A DNA stretch of 64,000 bases from Polyangiales bacterium (GCA_964202905.1 CAXNJO010000003.1:352001-416000); one strand, 5' to 3'. Counted from the stretch's first letter, positions 32,769-44,521 are shown. Notes: generated by a model not told the origin, from the letters alone. A program made the numbers and translations.

Positions 32769-32864
32769 CGCGGCACGATGCCCGCGCCTTCCGCGCAGGT
32801 CAACGCTCCGTCGGGCACGAGACCTTCAGCGAGCGCGCAGCGAGACGCGCCGTGAACGCGCGCG

Positions 32865-33677
32865 TCAGGCGCCCGGCGCGAAGGCCGCGAGCCGCTCGCG
32901 AAGCTTCATCCGCGCGCGCTCCTCGATCTGACGCACGCGCTCCTTGCTCACGCCCATCTCCGCGCCGAGCTGCTCGAGCGTGCGGGGATCCTCGGCGATC
33001 ATGCGTGCCTCGACGATGCGGCGCTCGCGCGGGTTCAGCACCACCAGCGCCGCGTCGAGCGCCTCGCGGACGCCGCGCGTCGTGCGCGCATCGAGGAGCG
33101 CGTCTTCCGGCGTGCCCGCGTTGTCACCGAGGCGGTCGATCGCGGGGCCGCGGTCGGTGTAGGTCGCATCGAGCGACATGTCGCCCTGCCGGAGCAGCGG
33201 GAGCAGCATCTGCGCGCGCGCCTCGGGCATGCCGCTCTCCTCGGCGAGCTGGGCGACGTCGTCGGCCCCGGTGCGGCGGAACGCGCGCATCGCCCGGCGC
33301 TCCGTGCGCGTCGTGCCGAGGCGCACGATGCGGTACGTGCGCACGACGTAGTCGCGGATCTCGGCGCGGATCCAGTAGACCGCGTAGGTAATCAGGCGGC
33401 ACTGCTTCTCGGGGTCGAACTTCTGCGCCGCCTTGAGCAGCCCGAGGTTGCCCTGCTGGATGAGGTCCTCGAGCGGCGCGCCCCAGCGCCGGTATTCGCG
33501 CGCGATGCGGATGACGAAGGGCAGGCTCGCCTCGATGAGTCGCTTGCCGGCGAGCGGGTCGCCCGCGCGCCAGGCCGCCGCCAGCTCGCGCTCGAGGTGC
33601 GGATCGAGCGGCGTGAGGCCGTCGAGCGAGGCGCGGTACCGGTCGAGCGAGGTCTTGTGGGACGAGAGGGTCGGCAT
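32865..33677 (-). CDS. RNA polymerase sigma factor, sigma32 (RpoH/SigB/SigC/SigE-like) family
   Basis: DLIQQGNLGLLKAAQKFDPE, TYAVYWIRAEI, TLEQLG..MGVSKERVRQIE. Confidence 0.9.
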   Translation of the reverse strand: MPTLSSHKTSLDRYRASLDGLTPLDPHLERELAAAWRAGDPLAGKRLIEASLPFVIRIAREYRRWGAPLEDLIQQGNLGLLKAAQKFDPEKQCRLITYAVYWIRAEIRDYVVRTYRIVRLGTTRTERRAMRAFRRTGADDVAQLAEESGMPEARAQMLLPLLRQGDMSLDATYTDRGPAIDRLGDNAGTPEDALLDARTTRGVREALDAALVVLNPRERRIVEARMIAEDPRTLEQLGAEMGVSKERVRQIEERARMKLRERLAAFAPGA

Positions 33678-33690
33678 AGGGCACCGCTTT

Positions 33691-33707
33691 AGCAGCTTGC
33701 GTGCCAG
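33691..33707 (-). promoter_or_regulatory. Sigma54 (-24/-12) promoter CTGGCACG-CAAG-CTGCT
   Basis: GG-N10-GC with a TGGCACG core, directly upstream of the sigma factor gene. Confidence 0.7.
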
Positions 33708-33768
33708 ACCCGCATCACCTCCAGACTACTCGGTTTTCCGACGAACGTGGCATCCTGCGGCGGGCTAC

Positions 33769-33812
33769 GCGCACTTCTGCCGCGGCGGACATGCGCATTT
33801 CTGCCGCGGCGG
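33769..33812. repeat. 20-bp direct repeat x2 (GCGCAYTTCTGCCGCGGCGG), period 24
   Basis: 33769-33788 and 33793-33812, one mismatch. Confidence 0.8.
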
Positions 33813-34035
33813 CACCCTGCGCCGCGCACGACGGCCGCACCCCTGACGCACCCCGGCTGCGCCGTGCGCCCCGCTCGCGCACCGACCTCAGGCCGCCGTC
33901 GGGCCCGGCAGGCGTCCGCGCGCGGTCACGACCACGGCGCGCCGGGACGCCCTGCTCGTTCCAGACTGTCCAGACTGTCCACGCGGTCGGGAGACCGCGC
34001 TCCAACGTTTGCGCGCGAGCGCGGGGGCGTTGCGC

Positions 34036-34872
34036 TCAGTCGAGGTCGAGGACGAGGCCTTCGCGGGCGACCTCGCAGTTCGGGAAGAGGGCCTGCGCGC
34101 GCGCCTCCTTCTCCCGCACCATCGCGTCGCTTTGCATCGGATCGTGGTGGTAGAGGATGTAGCGCCCGACGCCCGCGGCCTTCGCGATCGCGATGCCCTC
34201 GACGAACGTCGAGTGTCCCCAGCCGACCTTCGAACCGCCGCCGCTCTTGCCCTCGTACTCCTCGGGCGTGTACTGCGAGTCGTAGATGAAGACGTCGGCG
34301 CCGCGCGCCAGCTCAACGATCCCCTGATCGAGGCCGTCCGAGTAGTGCTCGGTGTCGGTCGCGTACACGAGCGAGCGCCCCGCGTGGTCGACGCGGTAGG
34401 CGAGCACGCCGCCCGGGTGGTTGCCCGCGGCGGTGCGGACGGTGACACCCGGCGTGACCTCACGCTGCTCGCCGGCGTCGAGGTCGTGGAAGTGGAGCTG
34501 GCTGCCGAGCTGGCCGAGCTTCACGGGGAAGTTCGGGTTCTCCATCTGGCCCGCGAGCGCGGTCTCCACGGTGCCGACGATGCTCTTGCCGCCGTACATG
34601 TGGATGACGTTGCCCGGCACGAACGCGGGCGCGAAGAACGGGAAGCCCTGGATGTGATCCCAGTGCACGTGGCTGAAGAAGAGGTGCACCTTCACGGGCA
34701 TCTCCTTCAGGAGCTTCTGCCCGAGCATGCGCAGGCCCGTGCCGCCATCGAACACGAGGAGCGTCTCGCCGCAGCGGACCTCGACGCAGCTCGTGTTCCC
34801 GCCGATGCCCGCCGTCTCCGGGCCAGGCACCGGAATGCTGCCGCGCACTCCCCAGAACGTTGCCCGGAACAT
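34036..34872 (-). CDS. MBL-fold metallo-hydrolase
   Basis: WGVRGSIP, GGNTSC, SHVHWDHIQG, HPGG, TDTEH, WGHST, HHDP. Confidence 0.9.
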   Translation of the reverse strand: MFRATFWGVRGSIPVPGPETAGIGGNTSCVEVRCGETLLVFDGGTGLRMLGQKLLKEMPVKVHLFFSHVHWDHIQGFPFFAPAFVPGNVIHMYGGKSIVGTVETALAGQMENPNFPVKLGQLGSQLHFHDLDAGEQREVTPGVTVRTAAGNHPGGVLAYRVDHAGRSLVYATDTEHYSDGLDQGIVELARGADVFIYDSQYTPEEYEGKSGGGSKVGWGHSTFVEGIAIAKAAGVGRYILYHHDPMQSDAMVREKEARAQALFPNCEVAREGLVLDLD

Positions 34873-34979
34873 GTCGTGGTCTCCCTCGGGTCCCGGAGCG
34901 CCGGCACCACAGCGGGGGGCAGCATAGCGTGAACCCGGTGCCGCTCGTCAATTCCCCGGCCGTGCTACGAAACGCCCCC

Positions 34980-35753
34980 ATGACGGGCGCACCGAGCCGC
35001 AGCCCCCGCATCGAGCGACCGCCTGCGGAGAGCGGGCGCACCCGCGCCGTGCGGGCGACCGCGGTCGGCCTCGCGACCTTCGCGCTCGGACTCACCGCGG
35101 CCATCGCGAATGCCGACGGCGTGCGTGTCGGCGCGCGCCACGACCCGGCTCCCCCGCGCGTGAGCGATGGACGGCTCCCCGAGTCGAACGAGGGCGCTGC
35201 GGACGCCCCCGACGCGCCGGCCAAGACCGCGCCGACCGCCGCGACGCAGACGCCCGACGACGCGCCGCAGCCCGTGCCTGAGCCCGCCTTCGTCGTCGCC
35301 GAGGGGGACGCGGGGGCGGCGCCCGCGGAGACCGACGACACGGCGTCCGACGAGGGAGTGCCGACGGCGACCCCGTTCGCCGGGCCGCGGCGCGTCGAGC
35401 GCGGGCGCGTCGCCTACCTGCGCTGCGACGGCGTCCCGCTGCGCCCGGGGCCCTACCCGTGTCCGCGCGAGGAGCGACTGGAAGAGGCCGTCTGGGCGGT
35501 GCTCGAGACGTTGCCCCGTTGCGCCGAGGCCCCCGCGGGGCTCGGTGAGACCGACGTGCGCCTCGAGCTCGCCCGCGACGCGCCCCCCGAGGTCAAGCTC
35601 CGCGCACCGCGCGCGGACGTGCCGCGCCTCGACGGCGCCGCGGTGCTCCGCTGCGTCGCGGGTCCGCTCTCGCACGTCACGACCTCGAGCCGCGCGACGC
35701 GGCTCATGCTCGCCTTTCGCGTCACGCTGGTCGACGCGGCGCAGCCGCGCTGA
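34980..35753 (+). CDS. Hypothetical exported or membrane-anchored protein
   Basis: Hydrophobic segment, Pro/Ala/Asp linker, Cys-containing C-domain; start uncertain. Confidence 0.55.
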   Translation: MTGAPSRSPRIERPPAESGRTRAVRATAVGLATFALGLTAAIANADGVRVGARHDPAPPRVSDGRLPESNEGAADAPDAPAKTAPTAATQTPDDAPQPVPEPAFVVAEGDAGAAPAETDDTASDEGVPTATPFAGPRRVERGRVAYLRCDGVPLRPGPYPCPREERLEEAVWAVLETLPRCAEAPAGLGETDVRLELARDAPPEVKLRAPRADVPRLDGAAVLRCVAGPLSHVTTSSRATRLMLAFRVTLVDAAQPR

Positions 35754-35798
35754 GGGCCGCGTTCACGGCTCGTGCGGGAAGTTCTTTCGGCGACGCGG

Positions 35799-36386
35799 TC
35801 AGCCGAAGAGGTCGCCCGTCTGCGGCTCGACGCGCGGGACGTGACAGCGCCGGCAGCGCGCCTCGTAGCTCTCGAGCGCACCGACCACGACGCGTGCGCC
35901 CGACGCGACGAGCCGCTGCGAGCGCCCCGCCGGGGCCCCGCAGCGCGCGCAGATCGCGAGCGCCTTCGTGACGTATTCCGCGACCGAGAGCAGGGCCGGC
36001 ATCGGCTCGAAGGGCTTGCCCGTGTAGTCCTGATCGAGCCCGGCGACGATCACACGCGCGCCTGCGCTCGCGAGCCGCTCGCAGACGTCCACGATCCCGG
36101 CGTCGAAGAACTGCACCTCGTCGATCCCGACGACGCGCGTCTCCGGCAGCACGGCGCGCGCGATCTCTTCACTCGCCCCCGCGATGTCCGCGTCGATCGC
36201 GAGCTGCGAGTGCGACACGATGCGGGTCGCGTCGTAGCGGTCGTCGATGCGGGGCTTGAACACCTGAAGCGGCTGGCGCGCGATCTCGGCGCGACGCAGG
36301 CGGCGGATCAGCTCTTCGCTCTTGCCGCTGAACATCGGGCCGCAGATGACCTCGATCCAGCCCGTCTCCCCGTGGGTGATGTGCAC
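35799..36386 (-). CDS. tdk: Thymidine kinase
   Basis: [40 protein letters not shown]. Confidence 0.95.
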   Translation of the reverse strand: MHITHGETGWIEVICGPMFSGKSEELIRRLRRAEIARQPLQVFKPRIDDRYDATRIVSHSQLAIDADIAGASEEIARAVLPETRVVGIDEVQFFDAGIVDVCERLASAGARVIVAGLDQDYTGKPFEPMPALLSVAEYVTKALAICARCGAPAGRSQRLVASGARVVVGALESYEARCRRCHVPRVEPQTGDLFG

Positions 36387-36508
36387 GCGCGCAGCGTGTG
36401 CCAGGTCCGCACTGCGGGGCAATGGGCGCGTGGCGCTCCGCGTCCAAGCCGCGGGCGAGGCCTGGAATCGGCCTATTGCAGCCCGCCCTGCCGTGCTAGC
36501 TTCGCGAG

Positions 36509-36760
36509 GTGGACGTCGTCCTGCGCAAGGTCGGACGCAAGCCGGGGCGGGCCGTGATCGGCCGGCTCCTGCGCGCGCCGCGCAAGGGCAGCGTGGTGGT
36601 CATCGAGTTTCCCGACGGTCTCCACGAGTACGTCACGACGCCCGTCAAGCGGGTGCTGCGCGTCGCGGGGCGCGAAGTCTACTACCTCGAGACGGCCAAC
36701 AGCCGCTACCGCCTCGAGGTCCGCTCGGGCGCCGCCGCGATCCGCGAAGCCGCGCAGTAG
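36509..36760 (+). CDS. Small hypothetical protein (83 aa)
   Basis: Coding-like codon use ([21 protein letters not shown]). TAGCTT 6 nt before GTG. Confidence 0.65.
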   Translation: MDVVLRKVGRKPGRAVIGRLLRAPRKGSVVVIEFPDGLHEYVTTPVKRVLRVAGREVYYLETANSRYRLEVRSGAAAIREAAQ

Positions 36761-36844
36761 CAACGTTCGAGCGCTTGCGTGGCCGCGCCGTCGCGACGTT
36801 CGAGCGCTTGCGTGGCCGCGCAGTAGCAGCGTTCGAGCGCGTCC
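36749..36844. repeat. 33-bp tandem repeat x about 3
   Basis: GCCGCGCAGTAGCAACGTTCGAGCGCTTGCGTG-like units at 36749, 36782, 36815. Confidence 0.85.
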
Positions 36845-36859
36845 GTTCGGCGGCAGCGG

Positions 36860-37684
36860 TCAGGCGAGGGAGAGCGCGCCGAGCTTGTCGACCAGCGCGG
36901 CGAGCACCACGCGCAAGCGTTCGAAATCACCGGGCTTACGGACGCCCGTGTCCTCATGGACGTAGAGGGCGCGGTTCAGCTCGATCTGCACGACGTGGCA
37001 CGCCTCGGCGGGGCGCCCGTAGTGCTGCGTCGTGAAGCCGCCGCGGTAGGGCTCGTCGTGGCGCACGCTGAGGCCCGCGGCGCGGAAGTGCGCGTCGACG
37101 AGGTCGATGACGCGGGGGTCCGCGCTCGTGCGGCCGCGCGTGCCGGGCACGACGTCGGCGCGGCGCGTGCCGCGGTCGGTGTGGCCGGTGCGCCCGACGC
37201 TCGGCATCGAGTGCGCGGCGACGAGGATGACGTGGCCGAAGCGCGCGCGCGTCCCCTCGAGCTCGGCGCGCAGGGCGGCGTGGTAGGGCGTGTGGTACCG
37301 GGCGAGTCGCGCGAGGAGCTCGGCGTAGCGGAGCGGGCGGCGCAGCGCGGGACGGCCGTCGGTGGTGAGCCGCCAGACGACGCCGCGCGGCTGCACGGCG
37401 CGGGGCCCGGGGTGATCGGGGACGGTCGCGGCGTCGACGTCGTCGGGCGCGCGGTTGAGATCCACGACGTAGCGCGAGATGGTCGTCGTCAGGAGCGACG
37501 CGCCGTGGGAAGGCGCGTCGGCGTAGAGCTCATCCACGTAGATGTCGGCGTCGCGGAGCACGCTCGCGCGATCGACGTCCGTCTCGACGCGCACCGCGTC
37601 CGGGACGTCGAGCCCGGCGTGGGGCACCTCGACGACGACGGGCGTGCGGCCGCGCTCGGGGACGGTCAGCTCGAACGGCGCCAT
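36860..37684 (-). CDS. N-formylglutamate amidohydrolase family
   Basis: VPHAG, DIYVDELY, SRYVVDLNR, PYH, HSMPS, PYRGG, QIELNRALY. Confidence 0.9.
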   Translation of the reverse strand: MAPFELTVPERGRTPVVVEVPHAGLDVPDAVRVETDVDRASVLRDADIYVDELYADAPSHGASLLTTTISRYVVDLNRAPDDVDAATVPDHPGPRAVQPRGVVWRLTTDGRPALRRPLRYAELLARLARYHTPYHAALRAELEGTRARFGHVILVAAHSMPSVGRTGHTDRGTRRADVVPGTRGRTSADPRVIDLVDAHFRAAGLSVRHDEPYRGGFTTQHYGRPAEACHVVQIELNRALYVHEDTGVRKPGDFERLRVVLAALVDKLGALSLA

Positions 37685-37711
37685 GCCCGGTGCGTGTAGC
37701 ACGGCGCTCGG

Positions 37712-39679
37712 TCAGCGCGCGAGCACGAGCCCGCACGAGATCCCGAGCAGCACCGCGCGGAGGACATCGTCCGCGTCGATCCGAAGCACCTCCGCGCGAC
37801 CGACGAGCCCCGGCAGCGTGACGTCGCCGCGCACGCCGTCGAGCGCACCCTCCCAGGCCGGCGGCAGACGGTACGCGGACGCCGGGGCGTGCGGCGCAGC
37901 GGCGCGCGAGAGCACGCGCTCGCCGACCGGTGCGAGCGCCGCCTGCACGGCGTCGACGTGCATCGCGCCCACGGAGTCGCGGAGCAGCTCGTACGGATCC
38001 TTGCCGAGGGGGAACGTCTCTTCGTGGCTCCGCGCGTCGCGCACGTAAACCCACTGACCGCGGCTCCAGCGGAACGCCTCGAGGTAGCGCTCGACGACCT
38101 GCGCCGCGATCGCGCGGAAGAGCTGCACGGGCCGCAGCACGCCGAGCCCGACCAGCGCGTCGCCGAGTCGCCCGCCGTAGCGGGGCAGCAGCGCGAGCGC
38201 CATCTCGAGCTCCATCCGCAGGACGAAGCCCTCGCGCACGAGGAACTCGCCGAGCAGCTCGCGCCGATCGGTCGAGGCGATGAACTCGGGGCGACCGTCG
38301 ACAAAATAGATTTTCTTGCGGCGGGCGCCGTCGACGAGTTGCAGCACGCCCGTCTCCCGCCGCGCCACCAGTTGGAACGCGACCGGGAGCAGCGCGCCCG
38401 GCGCGACCGCGCCCTTCCAGGTCGGGCGCTCGGTCTCCTGCGGCTGCCACTGCAGGCCCGGCGACGACACGAAGCGCGTCAGCTCGGGGAAGGCGGCGAG
38501 CTCGCGAAACTCCTCGTCGCCCTTCGAGACGTGCGCGGTCGTGTCGAGCACGCCCGTCGACAGCAGCTCGACGAGCTTCGGGAAGGAGAGCGGCCCGAGC
38601 AGCCCGCCATCGACACGCCGCACGCGCCAGATCGCGGGTGTCGTCGTGCGACCGCCCCCGCGCAGCGTGTCCGGCTCCACGGGCTCGCCGGGCTGCGAGG
38701 CGCGCGCGGGAAAGAGCGTCGTGCGCGTGACCGCGTCGGCTTCGTCGGCCGGGCGCAGCGGCTCGATCAAGCCGACACGCGCGAGAAAGCGGGCGACGCG
38801 CTCCGGCCCGACATCCTTGCCGCGACGGCGGACGAGCCCCGCGATCGCGTCCGCGAGCGCGACGGCGTCGGGGCGATTGGCAGGGTCGCGCTCGAGGCCG
38901 AGCGTGAGCAGGCGGCGGACTTCGCTCGGGATCGGGCGCGTCGAGCGCTGCAGCACGCCGAGGTCGACGTCACGGATGCGGAGGAGGATGTCGAGGTCCG
39001 TCCCGGCGACGAAGAGCGGCTCGCCGAGCAGGAGCTCCGCGATGACCGTGACGAGTGTGAAGACGTCGCTCCGCCCATCGAGCGGCTGACCCATCACCTG
39101 CTCGGGCGACATGTAACCGAGCTTGCCGCGGAGGCGACCATCGTCGGTGCGCGGGTCGGCCCCGGCCGCGCGCGCGATGCCGAAGTCCGAAAGTTTCACG
39201 TGCCCGGTGCGCGTCAGCAGGATGTTCGCGGGGCTGACGTCGCGGTGCACGAGCCCGAGCGGACCCCCGTCCTCGCCGCGCACGGCGTGGGCGTACGCGA
39301 GCGCGCGCGCCGTGTCCCACGCGACCGAGAGCGCGACGTCGACCGGCGCCCCCTCGCCCCGCTCGGAGACCGCGCGCAGCACGCGGTTGACGTTCGAGCC
39401 GGCCACGAGCTCCATCGCGAGAAAGAGCGCGCCCTGCTGCTCGCCGAAATCGAAGATCTGCACGATGTTCGGGTGATCGAGCTGCGCGGCGAGGCGCGCC
39501 TCGTCGATGAACATCGCGACGAAGTCGGGGTCGCGCGCGTACTGCGGGAGGATCCGCTTCAACGCGACACGCTTCGTGAAGCCGTGCGGGCCGACGCGCC
39601 GTGCGACGAAGACCTCCGCCATGCCGCCCGAAGCGAGCCGACTCTCGAGGAGGTAGGGTCCGATGGGTTGTGGCTCCAC
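37712..39679 (-). CDS. Ser/Thr protein kinase with GYF-like and DUF4388 domains
   Basis: GGMAEVF, VALKR, HRDVSPAN, DFG, YMSPE; GPLSF GYF-like stretch; RETGVL...IYFVDG...LGEFLV. Confidence 0.88.
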   Translation of the reverse strand: MEPQPIGPYLLESRLASGGMAEVFVARRVGPHGFTKRVALKRILPQYARDPDFVAMFIDEARLAAQLDHPNIVQIFDFGEQQGALFLAMELVAGSNVNRVLRAVSERGEGAPVDVALSVAWDTARALAYAHAVRGEDGGPLGLVHRDVSPANILLTRTGHVKLSDFGIARAAGADPRTDDGRLRGKLGYMSPEQVMGQPLDGRSDVFTLVTVIAELLLGEPLFVAGTDLDILLRIRDVDLGVLQRSTRPIPSEVRRLLTLGLERDPANRPDAVALADAIAGLVRRRGKDVGPERVARFLARVGLIEPLRPADEADAVTRTTLFPARASQPGEPVEPDTLRGGGRTTTPAIWRVRRVDGGLLGPLSFPKLVELLSTGVLDTTAHVSKGDEEFRELAAFPELTRFVSSPGLQWQPQETERPTWKGAVAPGALLPVAFQLVARRETGVLQLVDGARRKKIYFVDGRPEFIASTDRRELLGEFLVREGFVLRMELEMALALLPRYGGRLGDALVGLGVLRPVQLFRAIAAQVVERYLEAFRWSRGQWVYVRDARSHEETFPLGKDPYELLRDSVGAMHVDAVQAALAPVGERVLSRAAAPHAPASAYRLPPAWEGALDGVRGDVTLPGLVGRAEVLRIDADDVLRAVLLGISCGLVLAR

Positions 39680-39877
39680 GGCTCCTCCTCGCGTCCCGCT
39701 CCAGCGCCCCCGCGCCGGGCCGACGCGGGGTGCGACGTCGTGGCCGCGTTGAATCGTACGGCCCGAGCGGTGCCCGTTTCAAGGGCGCGGGCACACGGCG
39801 AACCGACGTCCCCGAAATCGACTCTTCTGCGGAACGAGCGTAGTAGGATGGAGGCCCGAACCGGAGACGACGCCCAG

Positions 39878-41635
<1,758 letters not shown>

Positions 41636-41759
41636 GTCACCCTCCGACGCGGCTCGCAGCGCTGTGGATGCGAGCCGCGGGCTGCTCCGCCCGGCCGCGC
41701 CGTGGCGCAGGCGGGGCCCCGCAGCGTCGTGACGCACGCGCCGTCGGGTCCCCAGGCGC

Positions 41760-42296
41760 TCAGCGCGGGCGAAGCCGCACGCGGCCGCCCTCGGCCTCGA
41801 GCGCGCAGCGGAGTTCCGATGCGCGCGCACCCAGCGTATCGACTGCGACCTGCGCATCCCTCGCGAGCGGAACGGCGGGCTCGAAGACGAGCCCTGCGCG
41901 CAAGTCCTCGCGAACGACGACGACCGCCTCGCCCGCGCCGAGCGCGTCGGCGAGGGCCACGACGAGCTCGGTGAGCGCGCCGGCCTCAGCGTCCGCGCGC
42001 GCGGGCCGGAGCAGCGCATCGACCGCGAGGTTGCGCTGTCGCACGCGGGCGCAGAGCGCCGCCGCGCGCAGATCGAAGGGACGCAAGGCGCGGCCATCGC
42101 CGGCGAGTCCTCGGAGCGCCTCGCTGACGAGTCCCGAGAGCGACGCGAGCTCCGCGAGGGGCTCGGCGAGGTCCTCGCCCGCGGCGTGCGCATGCCCGAG
42201 ATCGACGGCCGCCGCGTGCACGACCCCGACGAGGTTCTTCAGGTCGTGGAGCAGCGCGAGATCGACGCCCTCGTCTCTGCGCGCGGGCTTCGCCAT
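41760..42296 (-). CDS. Hypothetical protein with a HisKA-like H-box
   Basis: LLHDLKNLVGVV near the N-terminus; no N/G1/F/G2 boxes. Confidence 0.45.
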   Translation of the reverse strand: MAKPARRDEGVDLALLHDLKNLVGVVHAAAVDLGHAHAAGEDLAEPLAELASLSGLVSEALRGLAGDGRALRPFDLRAAALCARVRQRNLAVDALLRPARADAEAGALTELVVALADALGAGEAVVVVREDLRAGLVFEPAVPLARDAQVAVDTLGARASELRCALEAEGGRVRLRPR

Positions 42297-42381
42297 GGCT
42301 GCCAGTATTTCCCGATTTTCCTCGGAGTTGCGAGCGTTTTTTCCGCGGCGGCCCACGCGTGGACGCCTATAGTCGCGCCGC

Positions 42382-43899
42382 TTGCCGCGCTTCGCCGCCA
42401 TCGACGTGGGCTCGAACGCCTCCCGCCTGCGCATCGTCGAGGCGGACGCGCCCGGCGTGCTCCGCGAGATCACCGCGCTGCGCGTGCCGGTGCGACTCGG
42501 ACACGCCGTGTTCCTCACGGGCAAGCTCGATCCGCGCACGATCGATCAGGCGGTCGCAGCGCTCCGCAAGTTCGCCGAGGCGATGGAGGACGCGGAGGTC
42601 GAGCGGCACCGCGCGGTCGTGACGGCCTCGGCGCGCGAGGCCGACAACGCGGAGGTCCTCCTCACGCGGGTGCGATCGGAGACGGGCCTCACGCTCGAGG
42701 CGATCGACGGCGGCGAGGAGGCGCGCCTCGTCAAGCTCGCCGTGTCGCGCGCGATGGACCTCCACGATCGCCGCGCGCTGCTGATGGACCTCGGCGGCGG
42801 GAGCCTCGAGATCAGCGAGGTGGACAGCGGCGAGACGCTCTTCTCGACCTCGCTCGAGATCGGGACGGTGCGGCTGCTCGAGTCGTTCCTCTTGCCGGGC
42901 AAGCCCGTCAAGACGCCGCAGGAGCGCGTCCTCGTCGAGTACCTCGACCGCATGCTCGCGCCGCTCGCGCCGGGGCTGGCGCGCCGCAAGTTCGACGTCG
43001 TCGCGGGGACGGGCGGCAACTTCGAGGCGATCGCGCAGCTCGCGGCACGCCCCGGCGAGCCAGGCATCATCGACGTCGCGCGGGCGCGCGCGCTGCTCAC
43101 GCGGGCCGCGGCGCTCACCCCGCGGCAGCGCTGCGAGCAACTCGCGGTGCGCGCCGATCGCGCGGACGTGCTCGTGCCCGCGCTCTACGTGCTGCTCGCC
43201 GTCGCGGACGCGGCCCGCGCGAAGGAGATCGTCGCGCCCGGCGTGGGCCTGAAGGACGGCATCGTCTTCGAGCTCGTCGACAAGTACTTCCGCGTCTGGG
43301 ACTACCGCGGCGAAGACGACGCGGCCGCGAGCGCCGCGGTCCAGCTCGGCCGCCGCTACCACTTCGACGAGGCGCACGCGCTGCAGGTCGACCGCCTCGC
43401 GGTGCGCCTCTTCGACGACCTTCAGGCGCTGCACAAGCTCGGCCCGCGCGAGCGGCGCTACCTGCGCCTCGCCGCGATCCTCCACGACGTGGGCGACTTC
43501 GTGCACTTCGCGGCGCACCACAAGCACACGCAGTACCTGATCGAGCACTCGGAGCTGATGGGCGTGTCGCCGGCCGAGCGCCTCCTCGTCGGCTGCATCG
43601 CGCGCTACCACCGCCGCGCCCTCCCCTCGACGCGGCACGCGAGCTACCGCGCGCTCGACACGCAGCAGCGGGCGACGGTGCGCAAGCTCGGCGGGCTCCT
43701 GCGCCTCGCGGACGCGCTCGACCGCGAGCACCTCGGCAAGGTGAAATCCGTCGAGGCGCGCGCGGCGCGCGACGCGGTGACGCTGCGCGTGCGCGGCGAG
43801 GGCGACATCGCGCTCGAGGTGTGGACCGTCGAACGCAAGGCGTCGCTCTTCGAGAAGAGCCTGCGACGCAAGGTCGTCGTCGACGTCGTCGGGCGCTGA
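42382..43899 (+). CDS. ppx: Ppx/GppA phosphatase with HD domain
   Basis: AIDVGSN, TASAREADN, EEAR, DLGGGSLE, GTGG, LHDVG. TATAGT 8 nt before TTG. Confidence 0.9.
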   Translation: MPRFAAIDVGSNASRLRIVEADAPGVLREITALRVPVRLGHAVFLTGKLDPRTIDQAVAALRKFAEAMEDAEVERHRAVVTASAREADNAEVLLTRVRSETGLTLEAIDGGEEARLVKLAVSRAMDLHDRRALLMDLGGGSLEISEVDSGETLFSTSLEIGTVRLLESFLLPGKPVKTPQERVLVEYLDRMLAPLAPGLARRKFDVVAGTGGNFEAIAQLAARPGEPGIIDVARARALLTRAAALTPRQRCEQLAVRADRADVLVPALYVLLAVADAARAKEIVAPGVGLKDGIVFELVDKYFRVWDYRGEDDAAASAAVQLGRRYHFDEAHALQVDRLAVRLFDDLQALHKLGPRERRYLRLAAILHDVGDFVHFAAHHKHTQYLIEHSELMGVSPAERLLVGCIARYHRRALPSTRHASYRALDTQQRATVRKLGGLLRLADALDREHLGKVKSVEARAARDAVTLRVRGEGDIALEVWTVERKASLFEKSLRRKVVVDVVGR

Positions 43900-43914
43900 C
43901 GCGCACGGGATGGG

Positions 43915-43998
43915 TAGCCGAGGTCGGGCTCGAACCGACACTCCCTTGCGGGAACGGGATTTTGAGTCCCGCGCGTCTGCCTATTTCGCCACTCGGCC
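43915..43998 (-). tRNA. tRNA-Leu (CAA)
   Basis: Acceptor GGCCGAG/CTCGGCT, D arm TGGCGAAATAGGCAGACGC, anticodon arm CGGGA-CTCAAAA-TCCCG, long variable arm, GTTCGAG T loop. Confidence 0.95.
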
Positions 43999-44184
43999 GA
44001 GCGGTAAGGGGCGAGGTGTAACAGCGATGCCCGCGCATTGCACGCGCGTTTCGCGCGCGACGCTTGTCCCCCGGGCGCGCGTTCGCTAGTCTCCGCCGCC
44101 CGCTCCGGACGCGGGCGCGCGACGCGTGCCGCCGCGCCGGAGCCCACCTGCTCCCCGCAGGGGAAACACAGACGGAACACGACG

Positions 44185-44514
44185 ATGAGCAAGCTCTCCG
44201 ATTTCCTGAAGACGAAGAAGATCGACGCCCGCCGCCTCATCGCGGCCTCGAAGGACCTCGAGCAGCTCCGCCCCGAGGACCGCGCGCTCAAGCTCCTGAA
44301 GAGCCAGGCGAAGGCCGGCAACGAGGCCGCGAAGGGCAAGGTCGACCCGAAGGCGAAGCCGCGCTCGGGCCGCGCCGTGTCGCAGCCGACGATGGACGCC
44401 GCGCTCGCGGGCGAGGCCGTCAACGGCCCCGCGAAGACGCGCATCCTGCGCGCCGTGAACAGCGTTCTCAAGACGAAGAAGGCGCCCGAGGCGGCGCTCA
44501 AAGAACTCTTCTGA
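44185..44514 (+). CDS. Small Lys/Ala-rich basic hypothetical protein
   Basis: MSKLSDFLKTKKIDARRL...; strong coding bias. Confidence 0.75.
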   Translation: MSKLSDFLKTKKIDARRLIAASKDLEQLRPEDRALKLLKSQAKAGNEAAKGKVDPKAKPRSGRAVSQPTMDAALAGEAVNGPAKTRILRAVNSVLKTKKAPEAALKELF

Positions 44515-44521
44515 GCCGACC

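Noticed and set aside
36749..36844. Possible mini-CRISPR array (also considered for 4619-4702)
   Set aside because: Head-to-tail repeats without unique spacers; no cas genes in the window.
43915..43998. tRNA-Leu as an integration site
   Set aside because: No integrase and no duplicated tRNA 3' end seen; the flanks are housekeeping-like genes.
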